This document shows positions 9,802 through 19,414 of a stretch of 64,000 bases of DNA, piece by piece. How positions within the stretch are numbered: the first letter of the stretch is position 1; every line of letters starts with the position of its first letter. A program made the position numbers and the translations under genes. Origin of the DNA: a virus; IMG/VR virus record IMGVR_UViG_3300021437_000001, positions 1 through 64,000 of that record; one strand, 5' to 3'. The notes under the pieces are model-generated. The model searched no databases and was not told where the DNA came from. It saw only the letters and a list, made by a program, of their open reading frames with translations.

Positions 9802-9810
9802 TGGTAAAAT
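9802..9810 (+). promoter_or_regulatory. Extended -10 promoter (TGGTAAAAT)
   Basis: Intergenic TGnTAnnnT upstream of the sheath operon. Confidence 0.5.
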
Positions 9811-9822
9811 ACAGGGAAACCA

Positions 9823-10044
9823 ATGAAGGACAAGAAACTCAAAAAAGTCGAACTAGAAACTGATAATCTAATGGAAGAAGTTCAAGAAGAGGAATGTATT
9901 ACGTTTGACGTGTATTTCCAGATTCTTCTAAAAGAGCGAAAGGTTCTAGCTCATCATAAACCGCCAATGCGTCAACATGCAGAAGCGAACGAAATGTCGA
10001 GTGCAACCCGAACAGAGTTTAATGAACTCTTCAAGTCTTACTGA
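9823..10044 (+). CDS. Small hypothetical protein preceding the sheath gene
   Basis: 73 aa; GGGA RBS-like sequence upstream. Confidence 0.6.
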   Translation: MKDKKLKKVELETDNLMEEVQEEECITFDVYFQILLKERKVLAHHKPPMRQHAEANEMSSATRTEFNELFKSY

Positions 10045-10060
10045 AAAGAGGGAGTAGAAA

Positions 10061-11872
10061 ATGTCAATTAGAGTACCTTTCAACGGAGCGAGTCTAGCTA
10101 AACCTGGATCATATTCCAAGACCACAGTCAATTTGTCTGGTGGATTTCCGCTTGCTGCAACTGGCGTTATTGCCATTGTTGGCGAAGCTCTTGGTGGTGC
10201 CCCTGGATCTAGCGATGGCGTGCAAACGTTTACTAGCGAAGATATTGCTAGCTTGATCGCCAAATATAAATCAGGACCAATTGTAGATGCTGCAAGATTA
10301 CTAGTAGCTCCTGCTCGTGATAATAGAGTTCCAAATGGAGCTTCTATGATTCGAGTTTGGAAAACTAACGCATCAACAAAAGCTTCTAAAATTCTAAATA
10401 ATGCTGCTGCGGCTAGTCTGTTTACAGTATCTTCTTTGAATTATGGTGAAGATGAAAATTTAATCAATATTACAGTTTCTAACGGTTCTTCTGCTAATAA
10501 TAAAGTTTTGACTATTAAGAAGAATGGTGTTACTGAAACTTTAAGTGAAAATGCTTACGATGCTGTACTGCAACTTCAATATTCTGGTGCAGATGCTTCT
10601 TGCTCTTTGACGATTCAAAATGTTGCTGGAGTTAAAACTTTAGTTGCTTCCACAAGCTCGACACCTGCTGATAATCTTAGTATTCCGCTGGCTGGTAAAT
10701 CTGTTCAAGATTTAGTAGACATTGTTGATTCAAATGCTTCTTATGCAGCTTCGACTTCTTTTAGAAATGCAAAATCGGTATCTGCTGCTTCTTTAGATTT
10801 TATTAGCACAGCTTTGGATATTAAAGCTTCTGCTAAAACTTTACGAAGAGCGCAACAAGAATTGTTGGACATCGTAGCAAGTCAATCTCAATTGATTTCA
10901 ATGTCTCAATCCGCAAATGCCGAAGGACTTCCTGCTAACGTAGGACCTGTGTTTTTGGCTGGTGCTGTCAGAGGAGCTTCTGCTAATTCAAATTTCCAAG
11001 CTGGTTTTGATGCTCTTTTAGCCGTTAGATGTAACGAAGTTGTTCCATTGGTATCGCAAGATGCTTCTGCCTTAATTTCTAGTGGAGATACTGATCCTGC
11101 ATCTTCGTTTACAATTGATGCTGTAAATCTGCAAGCTCTTACACATTGCATCACTGCTTCAAATACTAAGAATCGTTCTGAGAGAAACTGTTATGTTTCT
11201 AAGAAAGCTTCTTTTGCTGCTGCACAAGCTGCTGCTCAAGCTTTAAATCACGAACGAGCTTCGATGCTTTTCCAAGACGTTCAAGTTCTTGGTGCAGATG
11301 GCAATTTAAAACTTGTTGATCCTTGGGCTGCTGCTTGTATGGTAGCTGGAATTCAAGCTGGAACTGAAGTAGGAACTCCTGCTACTTTTAAGTTTGTTAA
11401 TGCCAATGCTATTAAGCATCAAGACTACAATTCTAAAACTCAAGTTGATTTGGCAATTGATGCTGGACTTCTACCTTTAGAAGAAGCAGACAGTGGTGGA
11501 TTTCGAGTTGTTGTTCATAACACTACTTATGGAATTGATGCAAATTTTGTTTGGAATAGAGTTTCTGTTGTTGAGGCTGCTGACTATGTTGCTTACAATT
11601 TGAGACAACAATTAGAAGCGATTTTTATTGGTAACAAAGCTGCTACCGGAACTGCGCAATCAATTAAAAATACGATTATCTCTATCATGGATTCTTTCTT
11701 ACGAGCGAATATCATAGTAGGAGATGACACAAATAAAAATCTTGGCTTTAAAGATCTTAACGTTGTCCTAAACGGAAATACCGCTTATGTTGATGTTACT
11801 ATCACTCCAGTTCAAGGTGTCGATTTCATCCTGAATCGTATAACTCTAGATAACATTCGACAATCAGCGTAA
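10061..11872 (+). CDS. Tail sheath protein
   Basis: 603 aa; PGSY N-terminus, 'AIVGEALGG', and C-terminal 'RVSVVEAADYV..LR..LE.FIG...VDVTITPV...DFI'. Confidence 0.95.
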   Translation: MSIRVPFNGASLAKPGSYSKTTVNLSGGFPLAATGVIAIVGEALGGAPGSSDGVQTFTSEDIASLIAKYKSGPIVDAARLLVAPARDNRVPNGASMIRVWKTNASTKASKILNNAAAASLFTVSSLNYGEDENLINITVSNGSSANNKVLTIKKNGVTETLSENAYDAVLQLQYSGADASCSLTIQNVAGVKTLVASTSSTPADNLSIPLAGKSVQDLVDIVDSNASYAASTSFRNAKSVSAASLDFISTALDIKASAKTLRRAQQELLDIVASQSQLISMSQSANAEGLPANVGPVFLAGAVRGASANSNFQAGFDALLAVRCNEVVPLVSQDASALISSGDTDPASSFTIDAVNLQALTHCITASNTKNRSERNCYVSKKASFAAAQAAAQALNHERASMLFQDVQVLGADGNLKLVDPWAAACMVAGIQAGTEVGTPATFKFVNANAIKHQDYNSKTQVDLAIDAGLLPLEEADSGGFRVVVHNTTYGIDANFVWNRVSVVEAADYVAYNLRQQLEAIFIGNKAATGTAQSIKNTIISIMDSFLRANIIVGDDTNKNLGFKDLNVVLNGNTAYVDVTITPVQGVDFILNRITLDNIRQSA

Positions 11873-11884
11873 TCGAGGTAGATA

Positions 11885-12358
11885 ATGGCTCTTACTGATA
11901 AACAAAAAGCAGAATTAGACATTGCGATGGGCAGCAAAAAAGCTGCCGATGCTTTAGTTGCAAAATTGGACGCTAATGCTGCTCTTAATGATAAAGAATT
12001 TAAACAACTTGAGATTGCTTTGGCAGATAAAAAAGCAGCAAAAGAAGTATCCGAGGATATTCCTGCTCAGGCGTCTGCGGATGTCGCTGCAATAGCTGCT
12101 GCTCAAGCAGATGTAGATAGTGCGCAAGCTGCTGTCGTTTCAGCTCAAGCTGCTTTGGATGCTGATCCAGGTAATCCTGTGTTAGTAGCCGCATTAGCTG
12201 CTGCTCAAGCAGATCTTGCTGCTAAACAAGCAATCTTAGCTTCTGCACAAGCAGTTCAAGCTAAAGATCAAATTTCCGAAAGAACTAAAAAAGTTTTAGA
12301 CATTGCAATGGCATCGAAAGATGGCGGCAGTGCTCTGAAAGCTGAAATTGAAAAATAA
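11885..12358 (+). CDS. Ala-rich repeat protein between sheath and tube
   Basis: Three LxIAM/LA repeats and an Ala-rich helical hairpin; GAGG RBS. Confidence 0.7.
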   Translation: MALTDKQKAELDIAMGSKKAADALVAKLDANAALNDKEFKQLEIALADKKAAKEVSEDIPAQASADVAAIAAAQADVDSAQAAVVSAQAALDADPGNPVLVAALAAAQADLAAKQAILASAQAVQAKDQISERTKKVLDIAMASKDGGSALKAEIEK

Positions 12359-12421
12359 TAGGCAAATAGAACGTAAACCCCTAGCCTGTTTTACTTATTA
12401 GGGTTGTAAAGGAGAAATAAA

Positions 12422-12835
12422 ATGAGTCAAACTTCAACTGGCGCAAGGATTGTATTTAGAGTTAATGGTCAAAAGGTAGCTTTTGCCAATTCTTTGAATT
12501 ATACTGTAGCGCACGCCCATCAACCTGTCGATGTTCTTGATCAATTGGAACCAGCAGAATATGCTGAGACTGGTTATACTGTAAATTTTAGTGCAACTCA
12601 ATTTCGAGTGTCAAATCAATCTGCTATGGCTCTAGGCTTGCGACCTCGTTTGCAAGACATCCTTACGCAGCCAGAGTTGACTGCGGAATTAGTTGACCGT
12701 ATCACTGGAGCCACTTTAATGTTAATCCAACGAGTAAAATGTACTCAAGAGGATTTTAACGTTGATGCTAGGTCTTTAGGCCAAACTACTTTGTCTTTTG
12801 TTGGAATTAAACAAGATGACGAAGGCTCTTTATAA
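12422..12835 (+). CDS. Tail tube protein
   Basis: 137-aa beta-rich protein after the sheath; strong AAGGAG RBS. Confidence 0.85.
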   Translation: MSQTSTGARIVFRVNGQKVAFANSLNYTVAHAHQPVDVLDQLEPAEYAETGYTVNFSATQFRVSNQSAMALGLRPRLQDILTQPELTAELVDRITGATLMLIQRVKCTQEDFNVDARSLGQTTLSFVGIKQDDEGSL

Positions 12836-12967
12836 GCTGAAACGATAGGCTTATAGGTTCTAACCTGACGGCGCACGAAAATAGTACCTCTAGCGCCCAG
12901 GAATGGGGTAAAACGTAAACCACTTGCTGATAGTCTGACCGGAAGGGCTGAATAGACAGAACCAGCA
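12831..12967 (+). ncRNA. Candidate structured RNA of unknown family
   Basis: Several nested stems, a possible pseudoknot and a GNRA-capped stem in a ~130-nt intergenic stretch that is GC-richer than its surroundings (see findings). Confidence 0.45.
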
Positions 12968-12972
12968 TTTAC

Positions 12973-13006
12973 AAGGGTTAGACTTAGGTCTAGCCCTTTA
13001 CTTTTT
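12973..13006 (+). terminator. Rho-independent terminator
   Basis: AAGGGTTAGAC-TTAG-GTCTAGCCCTT (11-bp stem with one G-U pair), followed by TACTTTTT. Confidence 0.8.
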
Positions 13007-13015
13007 GTAGCATTA

Positions 13016-13040
13016 TGTTATACTCCTTATATGGAGTATA
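13016..13040 (+). promoter_or_regulatory. Extended -10 promoter (TGTTATACT) overlapping an RBS-sequestering hairpin
   Basis: TATACTCC-ttatat-GGAGTATA is a perfect 8-bp stem that contains the GGAG SD of the ATG at 13045. Confidence 0.7.
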
Positions 13041-13044
13041 TTTC

Positions 13045-13722
13045 ATGCTTGGAAAATTATATAAAATTACATTAGACGACCGAGTTATATATGTTGGCCA
13101 AACTTTGCAGGAATTAACTGCTCGCATAGCGCAACACAAAAAATCTGACTCTTTAGTCGGAAGAAAGATTAATAAGGGCTATGATTTAAAATTTGAGATT
13201 ATAAAAGAAGTGCCTATAAGCGAATTAGATGCTTGGGAATGTTTTTATATAGGATATTTTAATACATTGCATCCAAATGGTCTAAATTTGCAATTACCAT
13301 TTAGTTCTGCGAGAATGACTGAAACCACTCGAAATAAGATTAGAAAATCTAAAACTTATGGAAAAGTTTATACAATAGATTTACAAGGAACCATCCTTGA
13401 GTTCGAATCTGGAAGACATGCTGCCTTGTCGTTAAAGATAAATATTGCGCATATTTACGAATGTATTAATGGCAAGCGTTATGCAGCGGGAGATAGGGCC
13501 TTCTGGAGAGAAGGTCAACAACCTAAAAATGTAGCAGATATTAGACAAAGACCAAGAATAGCAGTATGTACCGTAAATACAAATACAGGAGAACAACAGC
13601 ATTTCCCAAGTGTCTATTCTTGTGCTATGATGTTAAATATAGACCCAGCAACAATTTGCAAAGGTCTAAAAGATAAAAAAGAAATAAAGTATAAACATTA
13701 TAAAATAAGGAAGGCTATATGA
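13045..13722 (+). CDS. Free-standing GIY-YIG homing endonuclease with NUMOD1-type HTH repeats
   Basis: KLYKI...YVGQT..L.ARI.QH, E..YI and N.LHPNGLN catalytic motifs; two 'F.S...A..L.I....I...' modules. The start is more likely 13045 than 13015. Confidence 0.85.
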   Translation: MLGKLYKITLDDRVIYVGQTLQELTARIAQHKKSDSLVGRKINKGYDLKFEIIKEVPISELDAWECFYIGYFNTLHPNGLNLQLPFSSARMTETTRNKIRKSKTYGKVYTIDLQGTILEFESGRHAALSLKINIAHIYECINGKRYAAGDRAFWREGQQPKNVADIRQRPRIAVCTVNTNTGEQQHFPSVYSCAMMLNIDPATICKGLKDKKEIKYKHYKIRKAI

Positions 13723-14123
13723 TCAATACGTTACCAAGCATGGAATTTTCATTTTCAATTGACGTAAAGGGTTCTGACACTGGACAACAATTTCAAGGTA
13801 CTTTTACCTACAAACGTCCAAATTTGCGTCTAAAATCTAATGCTGCAAAACTGGCTGCACGGTTAAATGAAGATCTTCGCAATCTTGATGAAGATACTAA
13901 ATTCATTCATGACGTTTTAGCAAATCTCCGATTCTCTTTAATTCAAACTCCTGATTGGTGGCAAAAGTCTGACTTTGGCCTAGAGCTTTATGATACGAAT
14001 GTAATATTCGATATTTACAAGGCTTGTATTGATTTTGAAAATGCTTGGACTGAGAAAGTCTGGGGAAATCAAGAGAAAGCCAAAGAAGAGCTTAAAGAAG
14101 CTGTCAAAGCTAAAGCCAAGTAG
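13719..14123 (+). CDS. Tail assembly chaperone
   Basis: Between tube and tape measure; 'GTFTYKRP' and 'PDWW'. Confidence 0.7.
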   Translation: MINTLPSMEFSFSIDVKGSDTGQQFQGTFTYKRPNLRLKSNAAKLAARLNEDLRNLDEDTKFIHDVLANLRFSLIQTPDWWQKSDFGLELYDTNVIFDIYKACIDFENAWTEKVWGNQEKAKEELKEAVKAKAK

Positions 14124-14137
14124 TCAGAGAGGTTAGA

Positions 14138-14581
14138 ATGTCGAAATTCGGCGTTCTCAGCTTTGTAAGAGCTGCTCATGAAATGGTAAACGCCAAGACC
14201 GATTCAATGGAAGGTCTTGAGAAGTTTTTAATTTCTTGGTTCTGCCTTAAGTTTGAGACAACCCCTAATGATGATAGATTGCAAGGAATGACTCTAGAAG
14301 AGTTAGTTACTTTCTATTACATGCACCGAATTAAAGACGATCCAGAAACTATTTCTAGACTTATTCAGGATGGTGAAGACGAATACGAAAAGTGGCTTAA
14401 AGCTGAAATGGAAGAAGAGTACGTTACGGATGAAGAGATGGTTCAAGGAATGCTACAATATGAAGAGAATCAAAAGGATAAACGCAAAGCCCGTGACGAC
14501 GAGTTTCGAAATAAGTTAAAAGAAATGCCAGACAAAGTTACTACGGTATTTCCTACTTTCGACTCGCAGGATGATGAATAA
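14138..14581 (+). CDS. Second tail assembly chaperone (acidic)
   Basis: Position before the tape measure; own GAGAGG RBS. Confidence 0.55.
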   Translation: MSKFGVLSFVRAAHEMVNAKTDSMEGLEKFLISWFCLKFETTPNDDRLQGMTLEELVTFYYMHRIKDDPETISRLIQDGEDEYEKWLKAEMEEEYVTDEEMVQGMLQYEENQKDKRKARDDEFRNKLKEMPDKVTTVFPTFDSQDDE

Positions 14582-16746
14582 TGTCAGATATAAAAAAACA
14601 GTTGATACTAGAGGTAAGCCTCGGTACTCAAAAACTTAAATCGGAAATTGCAGGTCTTAAGAAAGATCTTGAGAGCGTTGGCCGTGGCATGGGCGGTCAA
14701 GCAGGAACTCCTGCGTCCAAGAAGAGTGGAGTATCTGCTGATTTAGAAAAAGCTAAACAAATCAATATGGCGTATAAACAACGCCAAAAAGAGCAAGACC
14801 AACTTGAAAAAGCTTATTCTCAACGTCAAAAAGAAATAACTCGAGAGCAAGAAAAAGCTACTCGAGAAATGACAAAGCTTGCTACTAAAAAAGAAAATGC
14901 TGCTCGTAAAGAAGCGCAACGTATTGAAAAAGCTACTGAGAAAGAAGTTAAGCAAAATGAAGCTGCAATAGAAAAAGAACAAGCAGCAAAAATTAAAGCT
15001 GAACAAAAAGAATCTAAACGTGCCGAGACTCAAAGGCAGAAAGATTTAAACGCAGAAAAGCGAACAATCCAAGAACGTTTTGATTTTCTTAAAAAGAAAG
15101 ACTTAGAAAATAGCATTCGTAAATCTCAGTTAGATAGATCTGCTACGGCAAAATTAGCTAGAGCTTTTGGAGTTTCTGACGAAAAGGCCAGAGACTTGGC
15201 GGAAACTGTTCACGGAACTCCTGGTCGTACAGGCCGTGGAGGAATGAGTTCAGGCTTAGCTTTAGGATTAGGCTCCCTTTTAAAAGTTGGTGCCGAAGTT
15301 TATGATTTTTCTCAATTTAGAAGAACGCAAAATGCTCAAATGGCTTCCGCACAAAATTCAGCTATTAAAAGCGGTGACTATGTGGGTGGTCAAATTCAAG
15401 GTTTTAGATCTACTAAACATGGGTTAGGAAGGATGTTTTCTGATATAGCGACTTCGACTGCAATAGGAGCTGGAGCTGGTTTTGCAGTAGGCGGAGTAGG
15501 GGCCATCCCTGGTGCTCTCGCTGGCTTAGGAGTTGGTGCCCTTAGAGCGGGTAGATCTTATTTAACGGGGCAGCAAGAAGAACGAGACCGTTTAATGTTA
15601 GAAACTGAACCAGCTAGACAAGCTCAAGAACGACAAAGACAAGTTTCTAATATTAGATTTGATCTATTAAGACAGACTGGTAGAACAATGGGCGGAGCAA
15701 ATCCATTGGATAGGATGACTAGTCTACAGCATTTAGGAACTATGAATGGTTTTTCTCAAGAAGAAACATTATCACAACTTGGAGGTTTGCGCCAGTACAT
15801 AGGAACCAATGCGGCATCCAATGTGCTTTATAAAGGCCAGCAATTATACAATCAAACTGGAGTTGGTTTAGAAAGTCAAGGGAAACTGTCTGAAGCTGTA
15901 ACTACTGGAGAGCGTGGTACATTTGAAGCAGGTAATGCCAAACTGGAAGGTATCATTCGCAAAGGAATGGCTTTTGGTATTAAAGATGGCAAATTAGATC
16001 AATATGCTCGTATAACAGCGGACGCAGTTCAACGAAATGCCGAAATGGGTGGACAACAGGATGCTACGGCAATAGCAAATGAAGTTGCATCTCGTGCTCG
16101 AGGTTTGGCAGGTGAAGGAGATATAACAGAGAGTACATTGAGCCAAGCTGTCGGCATTCAAGATCTATTACGTCAAAAATCATCACAGACTACTGGTCTT
16201 GCGGGAGCTAATAACTTCTTAGGAATAAAACAAGCAGTAGAAGAGACTGGAGTAGAGCTATCTCCGGCGCAGATGATGTTAGCAGCCCAAACTTCCAATA
16301 AAGGGGGAGCTGCCTTAAAAGAATTATTAGTTAATCAAGGAATGTCTGAAGATCAGGCAAAAAGTGTCGTAGATAAAACAATATCAAATAAAGATAATTT
16401 TAATCTTGGAACTGGAAGTAAAGACGTAGATCAATTTTTAAAAAATCAACTTTACGGCACTACGACTGAAAAAACATTAGATATTGATAAGTCAAGAATG
16501 GGCGGTACTGCCGACGCCGAAGCAATTTCATTACAAGGTCGTGGCACAGCACAAGGCGGAGCAGAAGGCACCTTAATACAAAAAAATGCTCAAGTAGATT
16601 TTAAAAATTTTCAAGCAGGACTGGATAACATTGAAGTGTCAACTAAATTAGTAAATACAAGTCTGCAAACTTTTAATGAAAATTTGCAACAATCTTTTAG
16701 ATTGATGCACGAATTTTTGCTTAACAATGGTAATTTGAGTAAATAA
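14581..16746 (+). CDS. Tape measure protein
   Basis: 721 aa; long charged coiled coil and Gly/Ala hydrophobic segment (GAGAGFAVGGVGAIPGALAGLG); position. Confidence 0.8.
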   Translation: MSDIKKQLILEVSLGTQKLKSEIAGLKKDLESVGRGMGGQAGTPASKKSGVSADLEKAKQINMAYKQRQKEQDQLEKAYSQRQKEITREQEKATREMTKLATKKENAARKEAQRIEKATEKEVKQNEAAIEKEQAAKIKAEQKESKRAETQRQKDLNAEKRTIQERFDFLKKKDLENSIRKSQLDRSATAKLARAFGVSDEKARDLAETVHGTPGRTGRGGMSSGLALGLGSLLKVGAEVYDFSQFRRTQNAQMASAQNSAIKSGDYVGGQIQGFRSTKHGLGRMFSDIATSTAIGAGAGFAVGGVGAIPGALAGLGVGALRAGRSYLTGQQEERDRLMLETEPARQAQERQRQVSNIRFDLLRQTGRTMGGANPLDRMTSLQHLGTMNGFSQEETLSQLGGLRQYIGTNAASNVLYKGQQLYNQTGVGLESQGKLSEAVTTGERGTFEAGNAKLEGIIRKGMAFGIKDGKLDQYARITADAVQRNAEMGGQQDATAIANEVASRARGLAGEGDITESTLSQAVGIQDLLRQKSSQTTGLAGANNFLGIKQAVEETGVELSPAQMMLAAQTSNKGGAALKELLVNQGMSEDQAKSVVDKTISNKDNFNLGTGSKDVDQFLKNQLYGTTTEKTLDIDKSRMGGTADAEAISLQGRGTAQGGAEGTLIQKNAQVDFKNFQAGLDNIEVSTKLVNTSLQTFNENLQQSFRLMHEFLLNNGNLSK

Positions 16747-16747
16747 T

Positions 16748-18433
16748 ATGCAAAATAAATTTATAAGAAAAGGACAAGAAGCTGCAAAAATTCCATTACG
16801 AGGAATGTCTCGTCAAAACTCTTGTATTATACGCATTCATCCTTACAAATCTGCAAATTTAACTGATTTATTATTTCTTTCTTCTAGTACCGAAGGCGGA
16901 ATTCTTGGAGAGGAGTTAAGCACCTCTGCAACTTTTGAAACAGATAAAACTTTTACCATAGATAATGACGTGATTGCCTGTACAATCACTAAACACAAAT
17001 CTAATCCGTCAGGTTCTTTTTCCTTTACGTTGAAGCAAGGTAAGTACGAAAAGGGTCAAACTTTACCAAATACCAATCAGATAAATTATGCTAAAATTCT
17101 ACAACCTGGAGCTTGGGTCACCATCTGGATTAAAAGCGGCCTACCTAAAGATTTTTCCAAAGACTCTTCAGCAAATTCTGGTCTAAAATTAATAGGTTTT
17201 ATCGAAGATGTTTCTATTATAGAAAGAGATGCTGTAAACGGAATTCCTAGTTTAGAATATGTTGTATCTGGAAGTGATATTGGAAAAGTTTTTTTAACTG
17301 ACTTATTTTTTAGTCCTGTTTTAACAAATGACACGTTTGCTAGCCTTTTAGGTGCAAATTTAATGGCAGATTCAAAAAAATTAAGTAAAGATAAATCGCA
17401 ATTAATGAGTCCAGATGAAGCTGTAAAAAAGATTTTAAGTTTTGCATTAGGAAGTAGTTTAACTAAATTATCGTCTGCAAATCAAACGTGGTTCATTCCA
17501 AAGACATTACTTACAACTCTAAAAAATGTAACTTTAATGGAACAAAAAGTACAACCAGCCGTAGTAAATATTTTAGATATAAATACTAGAATCGGACTTC
17601 ATCAGTACGCCGGAACTTCATTTACGACTCAGCCTTTATTAGGAAAAACAGTTTTCCCCACTATTCCTGCTCAAGGTACTATATGGGAACTTTTGCGTTT
17701 TGTTCAAAATCCAAGTATGAATGAATTGTATGTGGACTTAGTAAAACAAGGAAATGAACTTGTTGCCTCTGTTGTTTGTCGTCAATATCCTTTTTCTGTT
17801 AGTAAACAGTCTAATATGTCACCTTTTAATGGTAAAGCTAAAGACATTAATACAGATTCAATGAAGACTCAATTTACGTCTTTACCAAAACATAAAATAA
17901 ATAGCGCAGACTTATTAGAAAAAAATATTCGAAAAACTAATAAAGATAGAATAAATCATATTTCAGTAGTGCCAGAAGTTGTTGGAACAGACGTTGGAGC
18001 TTTATACATGTCAATGCTTAACGTCAATTCAATAAAAAAATATGGATTAAAAAGTGTGCAATTTGTGAATACTTATGCGTTAGACAAAAATTCTATAAAA
18101 TCAGCTTTATACCTACTTACAGATTGGTTTTTTAAAGCTCATGGTTTATTTAAAGGAAGATTAAAAATTATAGGACCTGATGATTATTTTACTATAGGCA
18201 ATAATCTACTTATTGATGATCAAGCTTCTCTTTTTCATATTGAAGGTGTTACCTATGAGTTTAGACAAAATGCTAATGGTACTAATCAATATTATGCTTT
18301 TGTAGATGTAAGTCATGGGATACATGCTGATGGGAATTTCTTAGACTTTGCAGATCTAAATGAAGGGTCTGGAACTACTATGGCAGTGACGATGTTGGAA
18401 AATACAAAATCTGCTAGAGGGTCTGGTGGCTAA
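16748..18433 (+). CDS. Baseplate hub protein
   Basis: Follows the TMP; 'IKKYGLK', 'KG.LKI.G', 'IGN' and 'FHIEGVTYEF' hub-type C-terminus. Confidence 0.7.
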   Translation: MQNKFIRKGQEAAKIPLRGMSRQNSCIIRIHPYKSANLTDLLFLSSSTEGGILGEELSTSATFETDKTFTIDNDVIACTITKHKSNPSGSFSFTLKQGKYEKGQTLPNTNQINYAKILQPGAWVTIWIKSGLPKDFSKDSSANSGLKLIGFIEDVSIIERDAVNGIPSLEYVVSGSDIGKVFLTDLFFSPVLTNDTFASLLGANLMADSKKLSKDKSQLMSPDEAVKKILSFALGSSLTKLSSANQTWFIPKTLLTTLKNVTLMEQKVQPAVVNILDINTRIGLHQYAGTSFTTQPLLGKTVFPTIPAQGTIWELLRFVQNPSMNELYVDLVKQGNELVASVVCRQYPFSVSKQSNMSPFNGKAKDINTDSMKTQFTSLPKHKINSADLLEKNIRKTNKDRINHISVVPEVVGTDVGALYMSMLNVNSIKKYGLKSVQFVNTYALDKNSIKSALYLLTDWFFKAHGLFKGRLKIIGPDDYFTIGNNLLIDDQASLFHIEGVTYEFRQNANGTNQYYAFVDVSHGIHADGNFLDFADLNEGSGTTMAVTMLENTKSARGSGG

Positions 18434-19413
18434 TGATAAACATTAAAAGTGCTTCAAAAGGCGGAGCAAGTTTTATATTAGGTAGCAAACTTGTTCGTGG
18501 ACAAGTTTCAAAAATAATTTTTTCAGATGATCCATCAAATACCTCAAAAAAATTTGTGCAATACGAAGTAGTTTTAGAAAACGGCGATGGTAGTTCTAGT
18601 ACAATATTAGCTAGAAAAGTGTCTGATCTTTTTGGCGCAAACGATTATTCAGAAGAAATTTTGGAACCGTCTGAGTATTCTTATTCTGGAACTAATGATA
18701 TTGGAAATTCTTTTGGAAATAGAAATGGCGCACTAGTATTAGTTGGTTTTTTAAATAGTAATGTGAATGACCCTGTGATAATTGGAACATTAGCGCATCC
18801 TAAAATACAAGGTGCTACCAAAAAAGAGGGTATTCGCTATGTAAAAATATTTCGAGGTTTAAAAACTGAAATAAACAAGGACGGTGAATGGTCTATCACT
18901 TATCAATCACCTTATGGTCCTGATGGAAAACTAAAAGCAGAAGCTACTGGTCCCAGTTTTATAAAGTTAAATAAAACTGGAGGAATGGAGATTTCTTTAA
19001 AAAAAGGCACTATCAAACAAACCCACGATGTTGATTCAGAAAAAACTATTTTTGAATATAAGTCCGGTTTGAAAATCGAGTTTGATGGTAAAGGTGATAA
19101 AGTAACCTACACTACAAAAGGTGGACCGATTGTAACGGTTGATGGTTCTGGCACTATTACACTGTCCGCAAATTCCACTAAAATCATAATTGACGGCAGT
19201 TCTGGAAAAATTAGTTTAACTGGCTCTCTTGTGGATGTTGGAGAAGCTGCGTCGGCTTTAGCTGTGCTAGGTCCGCAAATGCTTGCATGGCTGTCAACAC
19301 ACACACATCCTTTTATAGACTCAACTCCCATACCTGTGCCGAGTATGACTCAACCTCCAGCAGTACCACCACCCTCGACTTTACTAAGCAAAACTGTTAA
19401 GATTAAGGACTAA
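18433..19413 (+). CDS. Baseplate central spike (gpV/gp5-like)
   Basis: OB-fold 'VLVGFLN...PVIIG', beta-helix repeats and C-terminal HTH (HxH metal-binding tip). Confidence 0.8.
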   Translation: MINIKSASKGGASFILGSKLVRGQVSKIIFSDDPSNTSKKFVQYEVVLENGDGSSSTILARKVSDLFGANDYSEEILEPSEYSYSGTNDIGNSFGNRNGALVLVGFLNSNVNDPVIIGTLAHPKIQGATKKEGIRYVKIFRGLKTEINKDGEWSITYQSPYGPDGKLKAEATGPSFIKLNKTGGMEISLKKGTIKQTHDVDSEKTIFEYKSGLKIEFDGKGDKVTYTTKGGPIVTVDGSGTITLSANSTKIIIDGSSGKISLTGSLVDVGEAASALAVLGPQMLAWLSTHTHPFIDSTPIPVPSMTQPPAVPPPSTLLSKTVKIKD

Positions 19414-19414
19414 G

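Noticed and set aside
12939-12946. SRP RNA (CCGGAAGG loop) or hammerhead (CTGA...GAAA)
   Set aside because: The SRP internal-loop residues and the full CUGANGA core are missing.
12836-13722. Group I intron carrying the GIY-YIG gene
   Set aside because: The flanking genes are intact, a terminator separates the RNA from the ORF, and there is no room for a 3' intron core because the next gene overlaps the stop codon.
14100-14140. Programmed -1 frameshift joining the two tail chaperones
   Set aside because: The second ORF is in the -1 frame, but that frame has TAA at 14111, no canonical slippery heptamer lies after it, and the second gene has its own SD.
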